Source of the DNA: Trichoplax adhaerens
Lineage: Eukaryota > Animalia > Placozoa
Direction of reading: 5' to 3'
Assembly (NCBI RefSeq): GCF_000150275.1
Contig: NW_002060956.1
Location: 1,672,280-1,736,279, forward strand
DNA: 64,000 nucleotides
The stretch's first letter is position 1; each line of letters starts with the position of its first letter. Positions 39,401-54,100 of the stretch are shown here, piece by piece. The notes beneath the pieces are model-generated. The model made no database searches. It was given only the letters and a program-made list of their open reading frames with translations, and had not been told where the DNA came from. The position numbers were made by a program, and so were the translations under genes.

Positions 39401-42400
39401 GATTTCAGTTTTGTATTCGATTTCTTTTAAATCTACAGAGTGTAGCACCCAATAATGTTTGTAATTACGGTTAACTATATTAATTTTATCGCTTGATTCG
39501 TAATTAATAGCTTTACCTTGCTTTAATTTAAACTATAAGTAAAAGATATCTGCTGTGGAAACTTAAGAGTAACATGCGAGTATTCTTAGGTATGATAGAA
39601 ACTTAAGACATTGTAGAGCATTTATAAAACCATTAAAACATCATTCTTAAGTCTTGTGCCTTAGATCTTTTAAAACAGTACCTTAAGTAGTTCGATCCTA
39701 ACTTTAGACAGTAAGTATAATATGATCTCAAAAATCCTTTTCATTCGTGAGTGTGTATATTACCGATAGACAAATACGTGTCATAGTTAATTATCTATTC
39801 AATTCATTATCGAGAGTTTTAAATGTACGGTTGTGTATAACAGCGGCTTTTATTAATGATATAGTATCTACAGTAATACCTGATTTATAAAATGTGCTTT
39901 AATGCTTTTTATCTATTTCACTGTCATTATCAAATGTCATAAATTGCTAATAAGGTCATTCTAAGCTAGTGCAATGAATCGTAATGGACTTGACCACATT
40001 TAACTTAAATCAATTACAATTATTAGGAATTACGTATCCCAATATCACAGTACGATCATTTTATTCAATTGGCATCATAAGTATACTCCTATTTAGGTGT
40101 TAAATTGATAAATATAAACGATACGATCATATGACTTTAATCCCTAAAACTTGAATTACTTTCGAGATTCAATAGCATCGTGTAATAAACTTTTTTATTT
40201 ACACAAGATTTACTAAGGTCATTATAGGTCACCACGGCAATAAAAGAGGAACTTCTGTTATACTATAGTATTGAAATTTTTTACCAACTAGCAAGCATTC
40301 GGACGGCTATTTACCATGATCTAAAAGGAATCCAATTTTCTTCGTGAGGAATTCTCATGAAATTAATTTTTTATTTACGAATGGAGCAACAGAAAATTTT
40401 TTAATTTAGCTATCTACTGGTTACTGTATTGTATCACATACTAAATTAAGAGGATATCCTCTCCAAACTATTATATAATATTTCATCAGATCTCCCCATT
40501 ATGTAACCCGTGAAATTCAATCTGCCTAGTAATTTCATCTCAAAAAATAAATGAAGAACCTTTTTACAGGACAATCACTAATTAAAAATTATTTTTTACT
40601 TAGCACTTATTCGACGGTTATAGTTTTATATTTAATATAATCCAGCTTCAGAAGGAGATTTCCTTTGAATATGATTTTCTATACGTATACTTGTATAAGC
40701 TCTTTTGGAAGTAACTAAGCCATAATTTTGATCGATGATACAACCATCATCAATAATTAATGGCCTATCTTCTTGAAATATAGTTGTCACCATTACTACA
40801 CTTTAGCTAACTATCATATGTTCACGTAGATTAAGTTATAAAAGAAACTGACTAAACGCTTCTGAGTAATCAACGAGTTTGTAGACGTTGCAATGATAAA
40901 AGAAACGTCTCCGAAAAGCCAAAGCTGAAAAATCTTTATAACGCAGTTCCACTTTGAAACATTACAGCACTCTTGCTAGGTCTGCTTACATATGAAAATC
41001 GAAAAGATCATGAAAAATATAAAAACACTCGTTATAAAAATGAACTCCCTGTATGCTGCTAGTAAAGAATCTAGAATGCAACAACGCCTATATTCCCGTC
41101 AAATTTACGTAATAATGCCAATATCACTCTTATTTATTTGTAATCTAAGGTTATAAATCTAGGTTTAATATAGACATACAGTATTTTCACGAAGGGAATC
41201 TATATGCCTATAATTGATATGGCTCTCGTATTAGCATGTCTTAAATTATATTATTCAGCCCCGACTTCAATGAAATGTTTCTAGCAGGCTTGATGCATAA
41301 TTTCTGCCATGAATTGGCCCGGATTTGATACGCTTATGGCTTTCATCATACCAAAATAAATTTGTTAAAAACTAGAAATTATCATTTTCAATTGAACGAT
41401 ATGATAGATAAGATAATTATATACGATACTAATTTCAAAATTAGCCTTTACAAGACTTTATAATTTATCCTTAAATTGCTTAGTGTATTCTAGTTGTCGA
41501 TCGATGTACAAGTGGTATATCATATGTTTATTTACTCCAATCGACTTCAACTAAATCTAAAGGAGCATTAACAATAATTCGCCTTCATTTTATATCGGCT
41601 TACGGCATGGTACCGATATCTTCGTGAAGATCAAAGGAAAGGGGCGAAATGGAACTATTCTAATGTTTACTTAATAAGGAGCCGGCGATATTACTCAATT
41701 GCTTGATACGACAATTTAAATATAAAACGCTGTAAGCCAAAGTTCATTATCTCTTTTAAGCTGATATCATGCGAACAACTTTTCATGGGAAGGGTCATCG
41801 ATAAAAAGAGCGTATTAATTAACTATATCCATCTACCATAATTCAGGTAGTAGTATATAAAAATGCTACTATAAAAATGCTACTGTTGATCTAAGCTATA
41901 TCGTAGAAGAGTATACAAATAAGTGCAAATGCCAATCTGATGCTAGCCATGGCCCATAGAGTAGGGGCTTAATACACAGACAGTAATAAGCTAAATAGGC
42001 TAAAATGAAACGCTAAGATAACGTGATCGTTTCTAACAATCCTGTGAAGTGTATTTATTACATACTTAACGACTATCTCTTCAGAAATTTAATTGAACCT
42101 TTTAGAGTAATATTTCCAAAGGTTACTCGGATTTGACCTAGAAAATTATTTAAATAGAAATTCTTAGCTACACTTTTGACGTGATCCTATGTACCGTATT
42201 TAACCAATGCGCATATTTTCCTTGTAGGTCTTGGTGCCTAGAATTAATTAGAGATATAACGTATCAACAGTAGTAGTAAATCAAATACAAAGCATTAGAA
42301 TAAACTGTAAAATGCAGATATCATTCAGTAACACTCTCTGAAGTAGATCTATTTCATATCTTTTTACGGTTGAATTCTAAATTGCTGCCGAATTGTAACA

Positions 42401-44085
42401 GGCCATATATTCTAAAAGAGGTCAACCGACTCCAAAATTAATGACAGAATTACAACGTATACTAAGGTATTGTAGAAAACCTTGCAATGGGGTTTGTTTG
42501 TCAGTATTTTCACGCACATATACTACGTATTATTAATACTCTTTTGAGTTGATATGATACCGTCTTCTTCACAAAATTGTGTGACTATTTCTGTTATAGT
42601 TAGATATTACATTTTCGCTAATTTTACGATTTGTCTTAGAGCAAAAGAATTTCGGAAAAGAAATAACACTTTTATCTATAATTACCAAGTATTGATAATA
42701 TAATATAATATAATACGATACGGCGCTTACATGAAAATACTGATTCGATAAATTCATGTATTCTTGTGCGTCCGCTGAGATTTTTTTGGTATCTCAATAT
42801 TCAAACACCATAAAATACTTGAGAGGAGTCTTATATTAACAATTTCCCCGACTTCTTTCAGGTTTAAATTTTGCACACGAATTTCTTATATATATAGAGA
42901 GAACAACACCCAACAATCCTAAAATCTACAGTTAGCCACATTAATGTAATCGCTCAATACGTAATTAATTGTTCTAGCTTGCTTTAATTTAGACTAAGTA
43001 AAAGATATCCGCTGTGAAGTATTAGGCGCAATATACTAGTATATCTTAGGTAAGGTAGAAATGTAAGATATTGCAGTGCATTTAAATTAGCCTAAAATAT
43101 CATACTTAAGCCTTATGCCATAAATTTTTTAGTACAGTACATTAAGTAATTCGATCCTAACTTCAGGGAGTAAATATAATATGATCTCAAATGTCGTTTC
43201 AATTCATAAGTGTGCTTATTTCCTATAGATGAATACGCGTTATAGTTAATCAGAGAACTTAATCTCGTTATCGTGAATTTTTCACTAAGGTAGTGTATAT
43301 CAGTGATTTTTAATGGTATGGTATCTACGGTGATACCTGGTTTATAATCGATAGCTTCACAAAGTGCGCTTTAATACCTTTAATTTATTTCATTTTCAAC
43401 ATTAAATATCTTAAATTGCTAATAATGCCATCCTATGGTAGCTCAAGTAATCGTTATGGACTTGACCACATTAACTTGGGATTAGTTATGATTATTTGGA
43501 ATTACATATATTGATATCGCAATATGATCATTTTATTCAATTGGCGTCACAAGTATATTTAGGTATTATATAGATAAATTTAAAACATACGTGTGTGACG
43601 TTGATCTCTAAAACTTGAATTACTTTCGAGATTCAATAGCGTCGTGTAATAAACTTTTTTTATTTACACAAGTTTTATTAAGGTCAAATCGATCACCACA
43701 GTAATTGAAAAGGAACTTCCGTTATACTTTAGTATTGAAATTTTTTACCAACTAGCAAGTATTCGAGCGACTATTTATTGTGATCTAAAAGGAATCCAAT
43801 TTCCTTCGTGAGGAATTCTCATGAAATTAATACTTTATTTACGAATGGAGCAACAACAGAAAATTATTTTAAAATTAAGCCTTCTGCTAATTACCGTATT
43901 GTATCGCATACTAAATTAAAAGGATATTCTCATTAAATTATTATATAGTATTTCATCTGATCTCCCTATTGTGTAATCCGTGAAATTCAATCTGCTTAGT
44001 AATTTCATCTCACAGAATTAAATGAAGAACTTTTTTTCAGGACAATCACTTATTAAAAATATTTTTTACTTAGCACTTATTCGAC
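36395..44085. repeat. Large diverged tandem duplication: unit 1 ~36395-40615, unit 2 ~40616-44085
   Basis: Collinear blocks: tccagcttcagaa.gagatttcctttgaata (36415/40641), gagtttgtagacgttgcaatgataaaagaaacgtctccgaaaagcc, aaacttgaattactttcgagattcaatagc, ending tagcacttattcgac (40615/44085). Unit 1 has ~930 bp (38562-39488) where unit 2 has ~130 bp of unrelated sequence. Confidence 0.93.
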
Positions 44086-47000
44086 TGTCCACGTCATAGC
44101 TACAAAATTTTCAGTATTCATCATGAAAAATACCATGCACTACTGATCAACGATACAGTATAATCGTATTTATAAGTATAAATGTAGTTACTTGTGCCTA
44201 TTGCTGTAAAAACAAGGTCAAGAACGACTAATCATCAATTAAACCTAAGCTTTTGCCTCATTGTATCTGCTCCATAGTATCTTAGTAGCGCAATTCGTGG
44301 TACCAGTAGTCGATTTAGTTTACATTTTTGTTATTTATTAAGAGAGTGTACATTATTATACTACGTTGAAATTTGCTAAAAGAAACAATATGATTTTTTA
44401 TTATAATCGTCAATCGATTTATATATCAACTTCACATTCACTAGATGGATTACTTTTATGTCATAAACTTCATTATTTCTTCATTTCCTTCCTAAATTTA
44501 GCTGCAACAATAGAAATCCGTAGCCGTGTTATCCGCCGCTTTGCAACTGATGTGATTCTTGAAAATATCTTTTCTTGTAAGATTATCCTTTGAAAGAGTT
44601 ATAGAATTAAATCTATATGCGTACGTGTGTAATTTGCTTATTCTTTTTCAACATGAAAGATTTTTCCACTACTTAATTCATCGATTGCATTAATGACTGC
44701 ATGAACTATTGATCTTCTTGTTATCTCTAAGATTGGAATAACTTAGACTCTTCCTATGCTGGCGCGTGCCAAGCTAAATATGAAAAGCGCAATTTTATCA
44801 CTTTTTATTACATACTGATGCTATATCAATGTGATCATCATGGACATATTTTGAAAAGATAAAAACATTTTAGTAGTTTAGACCTTGTTAATAACTTAGA
44901 GTTAGCATTGCAGTTTGGTAACAGAATGCAAGGCAATTTCATTTTCCAGAGCAGAAGAGCATTCAAGTTCTATCTGCTATTTATATGCTTTTAAACTGGC
45001 ATATTCGTTTATTAATAAACTTAAAAATCGCAAATATTCATCTCTTAGATTACATTTAGCAGCCTATTCAATAAGATCTAAATCAGCATACATATCATTA
45101 TAGTATATAGTACAATTAAACTATCAAAATGGACATGCATTTATTAAGCAATTTGATTGTACAGTATACGCATTTTTATGGGAATAGAAGGCGTTATGGA
45201 TCAAAATAATAAGCGGATAAAATAGGTAGAAATTGATAAAAATTTGCTACGAAGCTAATATAACTTCTAGCTAAAAGATTAGCAATATGATTTTCGTAGC
45301 TTGTACGAATGAAAGCTTCATTACGTTCTCATATTTTAGTCGTTTCTGATTAATTTGGTGTATTGGGCTATTTGTCACAATGCATAATTTTACTGACCAG
45401 AATTATCGGTTAATTAAGAAGTCAATTTTATTATTTACCCATCCTTATAATAAACTGAAATTGAGGTTATAAATGAAATAAAATAAAAGAATAAAGCGCG
45501 CAAACTTATATATGTATTGATATAAACAGCAAGATCATTTAAAGCGTTCATTTTATTATTTATCGCTTTTATAAATTAAAGGGAAGTTATGTATCAAATA
45601 AGAAACGAACTTACCGTATTAAAAAGACAGATTATTATAATATACTATTGCTACTTAACTGACATACTAGTACCAATGCAGTAATTAATTGAAATTTAAC
45701 AATATCAGCTACAATATTAAATTAACAAATAGTTTAGTTGGATCTCAAGTGATATAGTATATTATTATTGGTCAGATTAGCTTCCCTGTTTAATCGCATT
45801 TTTAGAATAGATTGTATTTGATAGCCAGACTTTCTTATTTGCATGTCTTAAATTAAATTTGCATCGATAAAGAGTTATAAAATATTAATTTGATTGCGTT
45901 GCTATTACTGAGATGATTATATTGATATAATGAAAATTCTGATTTGAAAGTCCAAATATTAATTTTAAAACAGAAAATTGATGCGATCTAATCTCGGTAT
46001 CATACGTAATTGGTTTGGCAAATATGAAACAGAAGCACCTAAAATTAAGTATATTTGACGGCCACTTTATTGTTAACACATTTTCCTAGTACTGTAACTG
46101 TAGAATCAGAATATGAATCATTAAGGATAGAAATAAGAATAAAATAATTAAGAAACATTTTATATTTCAAGCTGGATGGTCTGTTTATAGTGTAAATAGA
46201 ATAATCGATTTAATCTAAGCATATCATTATATTGTTTTATGACACATAATTCTACCATCAGGGCGAGAGAATTACTGATTCATCAACGTATTATTCATAA
46301 GTTTCATTGTAATCAGTGAAAGAAAATCGAGATCAAATAACCGGTAAAAGTAAATAAGTTTAATTTTGGATTTCTGTGATTGAAACATGGCTAAAGAGCT
46401 CAACGGTACATGAAAACAATGCACTCTTCGACAGCTTTTCGGTTGCCATTATTTAATTTAATTTATGTTTGCCGTCACTTTTGCTTTTGATCGGCTAAAT
46501 TTTAATAATCAATAGCTAAAGATAGAATCTAAATAAGTGATGAGTAAATTCATCGATTAGATTTTAATTGTTTAAGTGCAAAACAATTTTTTATTTTGAT
46601 AACAATATTAGTTTTAGATCGGTCGAATACCTTAATTAATTGAAGTTATTGTTCTATCTAGATGAGTTTTGTAATATGGTAACTCTAGATTTGTCTTCAA
46701 TTCGTTGCATAAAGTTGAATAGCACCAATTCTATTGGTCGGTCTTGACTGCCTCACTAGCAAATAGAATCCTTTAAATTTCTTGATTATCCGACGAGCTG
46801 TTTATTTTCATCGATTTATTTCTAGTCGTGAAGTCTAAGTTACATAAGAACATCTCAACACTTCATCTACTGTGCATTCTAAGCCTTTGAGACATTTGAA
46901 TAAAATAAATTATTTAAGAGTTCAAGTTATATTTTGACTTTAATTTATTGCAATTGACGGTTAAGAGCGCATCGTACTTCCCGCCCATTAAAGAAAGACT

Positions 47001-47117
47001 ACTATAAGAGAATAGCGTGAGAAATACGAAGATATTAAATCAAGCGCTTCTGCTTTTTTTACTTCTTACTGTATCGTCACGGTGTTAATTCTTATATCCA
47101 TCGACGAAGAAACAAAA

Positions 47118-48170
47118 ATGTCTAATTACAGTTCTTATTCGACATTTCTTGATCAGGATATAGTTCGTGGAGTATGTTGGTCTTTAGCCATCATCAGTAT
47201 GCCATGCAACCTTATTGTTATTATTCGATTGCTCTATTTTAATTATCGATATTCTAAAACGACTTCTAAAAAATCGGCTTTTTCTCTCCGTCATCATCGA
47301 TTTGCTATTAGTCGTAATCCATCTATCTTTTTGCTGTTTAATTTAACTCTAAGCGATCTTGTCAGTAGTTTATATCTACTAATCTTAGCCTTTAGCGACG
47401 TTTATTACACTGATTATTATCGAAACAAATACGGATTATACCCTGATTATTCTAACATCACCAACGATTGGGTTCTTAGTTCTACTTGCACTTTCGAAAG
47501 AATTCTCAGTCAGATTGCCCTACTGATATCAATACTGATGACTTTTGTGGTTGCTGTTGATCGATTTATTTTAGTTGTTTATCCGCACAGTCGTCGCAAG
47601 ATAACAGTTAAAGGTGCGCGCATTATTTCTCTTGTCTGTTGGCTGTTTGCACTAGTTATCGCTATCGTGGCCATTGCTTATTCATTGGAAAGTGTGGCAT
47701 CCCGCCCTAGGACTCGACGTGATATTCTTGCTCAACTTTGCCTTACCGATTCAAGTCGAAGTTTTGTTGTTTTTGTAATTACTTTTTTCGAGTTATTTCT
47801 TGGGTGTAGCATGTATGTTACAGCAATGATATTATATATCATAATATGTGTCAAATTAAAGCAATCAAAACAGTTTAGATCCGATTCATCTAATCGTATT
47901 GAGAAGCGAATTAGCATTATTTTGGCGTCCGTGGTATTTACTAATGTTTTCACGTACCTACCAATCACACTAATTTCTATACTTGGTCGTTATATTCCTG
48001 GCTTCAACTCCGGCCAGTTGTTTCCAACACTGGTTATTCTACTGTACTTAAATGCTGCAGTTAATCCAATCCTCTTATTGACAATGAGTGCTGGTGCCGT
48101 CTCCAATGGTAATGGCAATAAAATTATTCATAGTGGAACGAATACATCTGGCAAAATAAACACGACATAA
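47118..48170 (+). CDS. Intronless rhodopsin-class GPCR with LGR/RXFP-like 7TM but no LRR ectodomain (350 aa)
   Basis: Seven hydrophobic segments: TM1 IVRGVCWSLAIISMPCNLIVI, TM2 NLTLSDLVSSLYLLILAFSD, ECL1 WxxSxxC, TM3 VDRF, TM4 W, TM6 VFTNVFTYLPI, TM7 NAAVNPIL. aaaaATG at 47118. Confidence 0.9.
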   Translation: MSNYSSYSTFLDQDIVRGVCWSLAIISMPCNLIVIIRLLYFNYRYSKTTSKKSAFSLRHHRFAISRNPSIFLLFNLTLSDLVSSLYLLILAFSDVYYTDYYRNKYGLYPDYSNITNDWVLSSTCTFERILSQIALLISILMTFVVAVDRFILVVYPHSRRKITVKGARIISLVCWLFALVIAIVAIAYSLESVASRPRTRRDILAQLCLTDSSRSFVVFVITFFELFLGCSMYVTAMILYIIICVKLKQSKQFRSDSSNRIEKRISIILASVVFTNVFTYLPITLISILGRYIPGFNSGQLFPTLVILLYLNAAVNPILLLTMSAGAVSNGNGNKIIHSGTNTSGKINTT

Positions 48171-51100
48171 TTATTGATCAACCGCCACTCTTGATAGCCA
48201 AGCCTTAACTACCAATACTTTAAAATTAGATATGCAGTCATCGTGCCCGCTACATAATATTAAAATTGTGTCTGTCATGAGTTATGGAGGTAACATTCTT
48301 CAGTTTTAGACCTTCACTATTATGTGTTGTAAGTGTATTTGATAGTTCCTTCCTTGATTGTATAAAAAATTGTGTCATTTCAATTTCAGAAATTTGAGTT
48401 ATTGCAGTTCAGATTACAAGTTTTAGAATTATCCCACGTCTTATGAGTAGATTAGCTGTCAATCAATGTGGTATTCTAAAGGAGCAATTTTCCTTAAGTT
48501 TCCAAATTGTGTGCTAAATTTGATTTATAACTTACTTTAATCTCTAGATTATATAGGATTATCATGTGAATTATCGTATATATAATATTGTGAACTTCCG
48601 TTGATCGATGAAATTTATCTTATTATGTAAGTTATGAATTGTTAACGCTAGATATTTCAGTATAAATAGTAGCGATACTTCCATTTTATGATCATGCTTA
48701 GAATTTATTCATATCTTTTAATGCCTTGGTTATTTAAACGGCTAGCATCCGAAGAAGTATCGTAATTTTAGTGAGCACATAGTTTCAGTTCTAGCTATTA
48801 TTTCCGTATCATAGAATCGAAAATGTGTATCTTATTATGATGAAAATCTTTACCTCAGTATTAATATCGTCTATAGCGGAGCAAGTTTATAACTTTATAC
48901 GAGTACATACATCAGGAATCCACCTGTGAGTTTAAGTATGAATTAAGTAAATATCGTGCTAGGCAGCAGTAATTAATTTTTATTATCTAGATTGGGCGTA
49001 TATAAATTCATTATTATCCGAATTCATCGTCATCATTAAGCCCTGTGAATAACGGAAGAAGGGCATTTATACACCTGTATCTATACTAAAGCTGATTTCT
49101 TTTGGACTACATTCTGATTACGTTCAATATTGAGCCATTAATAACGTAGGTGTTGAGCACAATTAGATTCACTAAGTAAATGGTATCTGTAATTATAATT
49201 TAAACTGTAAATTCAACTAGACACGATCAAAATATTTCAATAGAAGTATAAGTACCTAAGTAATGTCAGAAATGAATATGATTAAATACGGTTGTAATGA
49301 CCGAGTAACAGTCTCCTGCTATTACTATAGGTTCACTAACGTAACCTAAAATTTAAATTAACAAAAATTGAGTAATTCCCTAATGTGACAGTCTTATAGT
49401 AGACACTGTACAAGTGTGCCGTCTCATCCTATTAGCCACCCACCTACTATACTACTTTAATTAGCTGAAATAATTACAACGGTACTTTCCAACATTTTCG
49501 CTCTTAGGTTCTGCCTTTATAATTGCCTGTAAAGTATAAGTGTAAACAGTGTGTTTCGTAGATTAAATTATGGTGTTAAATTAGCGTTTGAATTCTTATA
49601 CTAATATTTAATATCATTAATTGCGAAATGATTGCTTTTGACTAATCTAGCCCCAGCTGAATAAATTTAAATGGAATACAATTATTTCTAATGATTTTCA
49701 ATGATAGGCTATAATCATACCAGTTGCATAAATGCCGTTCTATATAGACGAGTGTCACAACTCACTAGTTGGAATAAGAAAAATACAAGTCATCTTAAGA
49801 CACAAAGTCAAGTTTTTGAACGAAAGTCGTTAACAACAGTTATCTTTATTTTAAGAGAAACTCTGGTTATATAGAAAGCATCTATGCGCAAAAATGTTAT
49901 TATTGCCATCTCTATCTCTTAATTTAGTGTTCATCACCCTAGTAAATATATAAACACATTTTCCTATCGTATCCCACTTTTTCTAGAACTCTTGTCTAGA
50001 ACAACGTTCGGCGACTATAATATTAACCATGCAATCGTAATCATGATATCAAAATACTCTAATAATAGTTTTACTAAATTTAGTATCAGTAAGGTATCGG
50101 TATATCAGCAAATGCATAAGGATCTTATAAAAACATAAATATCCTATTTTAAGACCTATTCTTACTTATGTGCATTTTAATACCCCAAAGTTATAAAGTT
50201 TATACTTTATAATACTAACGGTATTGTAACAACGAGATATAAGTTATCAAGCATAATATTATTAGCAAGAGATAAATTTACTGAGAAAACATTTGCTTAT
50301 CCAATATCAAAGATTTAATTAAATTGTGGGTCTACCTTCAGTGTTACCGCAACTACAATTCTAGCTATCATTATTCATTAATTATAAGACTGTTATTAAC
50401 ACAAGAATTTTAATAATAGTACGAAGACATAGATGGTTTATGATTAAATATTAGTATTGAATGAATAAAACTACCGACATTAACATCAATGGAGATACCA
50501 TGGAGATTTTGTTTCTTGTGAACTTTTTCGTTCACAGATACAATAAAAGGATTGTCGTTATCACAGTATTCTAAATAATTAAGGTCTATTTTAGTTTCAT
50601 AATTTACAGCACCAAAGGGATTGACACCGTATGAAAGCATGATTTTATTACTAAATAAGCAGAATAGCAGCTATTACTTTCATATCAAATTTAATTTAAT
50701 GTCACAATAGCACCGTCGCTATCGAAGCTAGATACTGTTATAGTTACGACATTAAATTTTTTATATTGATCTAACTTCAATTGAAACTATTTAACGTTAT
50801 TGTTATCGTTAGAATCAATAACTTTAACCTTACTAACTTGCTACTGAAGATCTTGCATTTACTTCGGTGGCTTATTTATTCAGCTGAGATTGATAAGCTT
50901 TCTTGGAAATCATGTTGCTTCGATTCTATAGAATTGAAATCACAAATATTGATATAAAAGAAAAAATCTTTGATTGTATACTTCACGAATAAGTCTTATT
51001 TTTCCCTCTATTTTATAGCTTAGTCAGTACTTTGGTCAATAGAAAGGATGAAAAATTAATGTTTACGTTAAACATGGCCTCTTTTACTGCATGGGTGATT

Positions 51101-54100
51101 AATTATTGTTGACCATGCGCGATACTTGATCAGGTTTAGATGTATGAAATGCTCTTAAAATGTGTACTAAAAATGGCCTACAGTTAGGACAATTCTTCGA
51201 CGTAAAAGCCTTTATGTTAGTATTTACCTTTATTGATGTGGTTTATTGTAGTACAGTCCATGTTATTGGTTAATCTACAGTGCTTGGTAAATGGAATGTA
51301 TGTTAGATCAGGAACCTCCGAGGGGAAATTCAATTTTCTGTTAGAATTCCCTAATTAGACTTGCTTTGCCATACGTTTATCATCGTTACTTCAGCTCATG
51401 GTACAAATTTCTTAGTTATAATTTATCGTTTAGCTGTGTTAAGAAGAATTTTTCTTTCATCTAATCATCAGGACATTACATTTCCTCTATTCCTATTTGA
51501 AAACTGGAAGTGATATGGCTCTATTTACAGCTACTGCTAAATGACGTGAATAAGAAAAATTACACTTGAATAACTAAAATGAAAAGGGTATTAACTGACT
51601 TATCTGTTGAACTGATCAAGTAGTATAGAATTAAGGAAAGTACTTGTTATTTTAGAAAGTTGAATTGCTATAAAATTGATATTTATGATAAAATAACAAT
51701 TATATTCAATATTAACTGGCTAAACTTTAATGTCGTTGATTCAATCTATCAAGATTAGCTTTCATCTTCGAAGGATAAATAATTAAGATTAGTTTCAATT
51801 ATTAATTAGAAGTATGAGCTGACATCAGTTACAAGATGGTCTTACTGCTTTAGTCGCTATAACCAAACATGTATATATTATTCAGATATACAATATAGAT
51901 TAAAATATGATAAAAAATATGTTAATGGCAAAGTAGACATTAAATTAACTGTGATACTATTAACAATTGTTTTATTTTTTCCTTCATCAATGCATTCAGA
52001 AATAGTCTATGCACTGGCTACTATGATGAGTCAGTATGCTAATCTCGACAATCTCAATTTTAAATTGCCGTAATATCTATTGTAGTATCTTCATAACTAC
52101 TAAAGCTATTCAATAGGTATTATCTTTTTATCTTCGTATTTTATAATAGAAATAGAATTATTATCCGCTATACAGAAAATGAGGAAGAGGCTTGGGTCTC
52201 TAAAATGTACTATCGTCTCATATTGTAAAAAAATCCTAACTCTTAGATTGCTTCGCTTCTAAAGTATTACTTTTAAAAGTTGTCTGCGTCAAGTTTCTGC
52301 TATGAAAATATCATTCCATATTTTAAGATAGATCATACTTTGCATAGCAGGCTATTCTCTACTACTAACGTTTAATTAATTCAAAAGCAATGTCGTCAAT
52401 GAAGCTCTGTAATGCAGTAGTGCACACATATTTTTCTTGTCTGTGACAGTTTTGACTTTAAATTGGGGTTTTTAGTGACGCAGAAATGATTTGAGCTATT
52501 GTACAAAACTTAACCTTAAAGTAAGGTATCATCATATTAATTTCATTTGATACTCTATTCTTTAAGTTTTTTTAACAACTGTTCTTGTAAGCATTAATAT
52601 TGATATAACAGATTAAAACAACATTTTACCTATGGTTCCAAGTAGATATTACTAGCAACTAAAGATTGCTTAAATGAGTTGTATAGATAAGAAACTCGCT
52701 TACATTTAAGAAATTGCTGATGCAATTGTTTCCAGGTATAATTTTTACTGTTATAATGTACGACGCTAGCAACCAGAAGTTAAAGGTCATGTGAAATAAA
52801 TAAAATTTTCAAACTTTTAATCAACGTGATGGAATGACAAATTTGCCTTCCAGATTCAGTTTGTAATATAAACAAGAATACCAGCCTCTGATTCAAATAC
52901 TATTTAGCTAAGTTGCTTTTATTAATTGATTCCAGATTAACGAGTTATATGAATTCATAGTTAACACAAGGATCCATAATAAATACCGTCGTTAATTTTA
53001 TAATATTATTTCCTGTCTTTACTGTTTTAGTCAGCGAGCTATGATATAGGTAAGATTTCTGCATCGCAAATTTTTAGCTAACATCAATTTCTCAGATGGA
53101 TTAACCAATTAAGAGAATTAGTTTAACATCATTTGCTTGCTCTGGATGATTCAATTTTAGGCTATCAGTAATAATACTACGGTATTAATATGTGTAGAGC
53201 ACAGGTAATGTATGCATTAAACTAATTGTCAGATATAAATAAGAACCTTTTAACATTCCTTACTACAACATGATATTATGTTTCCAAAAGTATGGCAAAT
53301 ATTACCGTACCATTATAATTGATAATTATCACATAGGTATAATATTTATATATGTAGATTTCACAGATTAATCTCTAACTAAATTAATTATTGCATAGTC
53401 TTAATAAAGCGATCAATTATCCGTTTAGGATGTAAGGAATATAGCTATATTATTACATTCATTTTATATCACAGGCGAACGATAGTTTTTTGTAAACTAT
53501 AAGGGTGCAAGTACAGCTTTCAAATTTATTACGGCTTCATACAGTAACTGTAGCAATTGAAATGGAAGAAATGCCGCTTGAAATCGTATGGTAAGGAGAG
53601 CAAAGTTGTTTATACTCTTAATAAAGAAAGGTTTGATAATGATGTCGCATTTTCTCTACTTTTTAGAAGACATCATAGCTAGTGGGAAAGCCTTTTCATT
53701 CCTGCTTTGAAATAAAAGTACAAATCTTGAATTGATTGGGACTATTTTAATTTTTATCAGATATATTTTAATTATTAGATGGGTCTAAAATACTTTGACG
53801 TTCCGAATGCATTGGAAGAAGTTCTATTTAACCATTAGCGTGAAGATTTCTATTTATTATTTAATTTTTGCGAACTGCATTTAAATACATCGGAACAAGC
53901 CCTAACTTCAATGCAGAGATATCAACTTGTTATTTGCATGAAATACATTATTTTAAGCGTGCGGTAAGTAAATAGAGACTATATTAAATAGATATTTTAG
54001 GATAAATTACGTATTTTATCTTTATGTATGAAAGCTGTTCATAAGAATATTGTACACTGAGAAGGTTATTAATGTAGCTAGTAGCCATAAAATATTGTCA

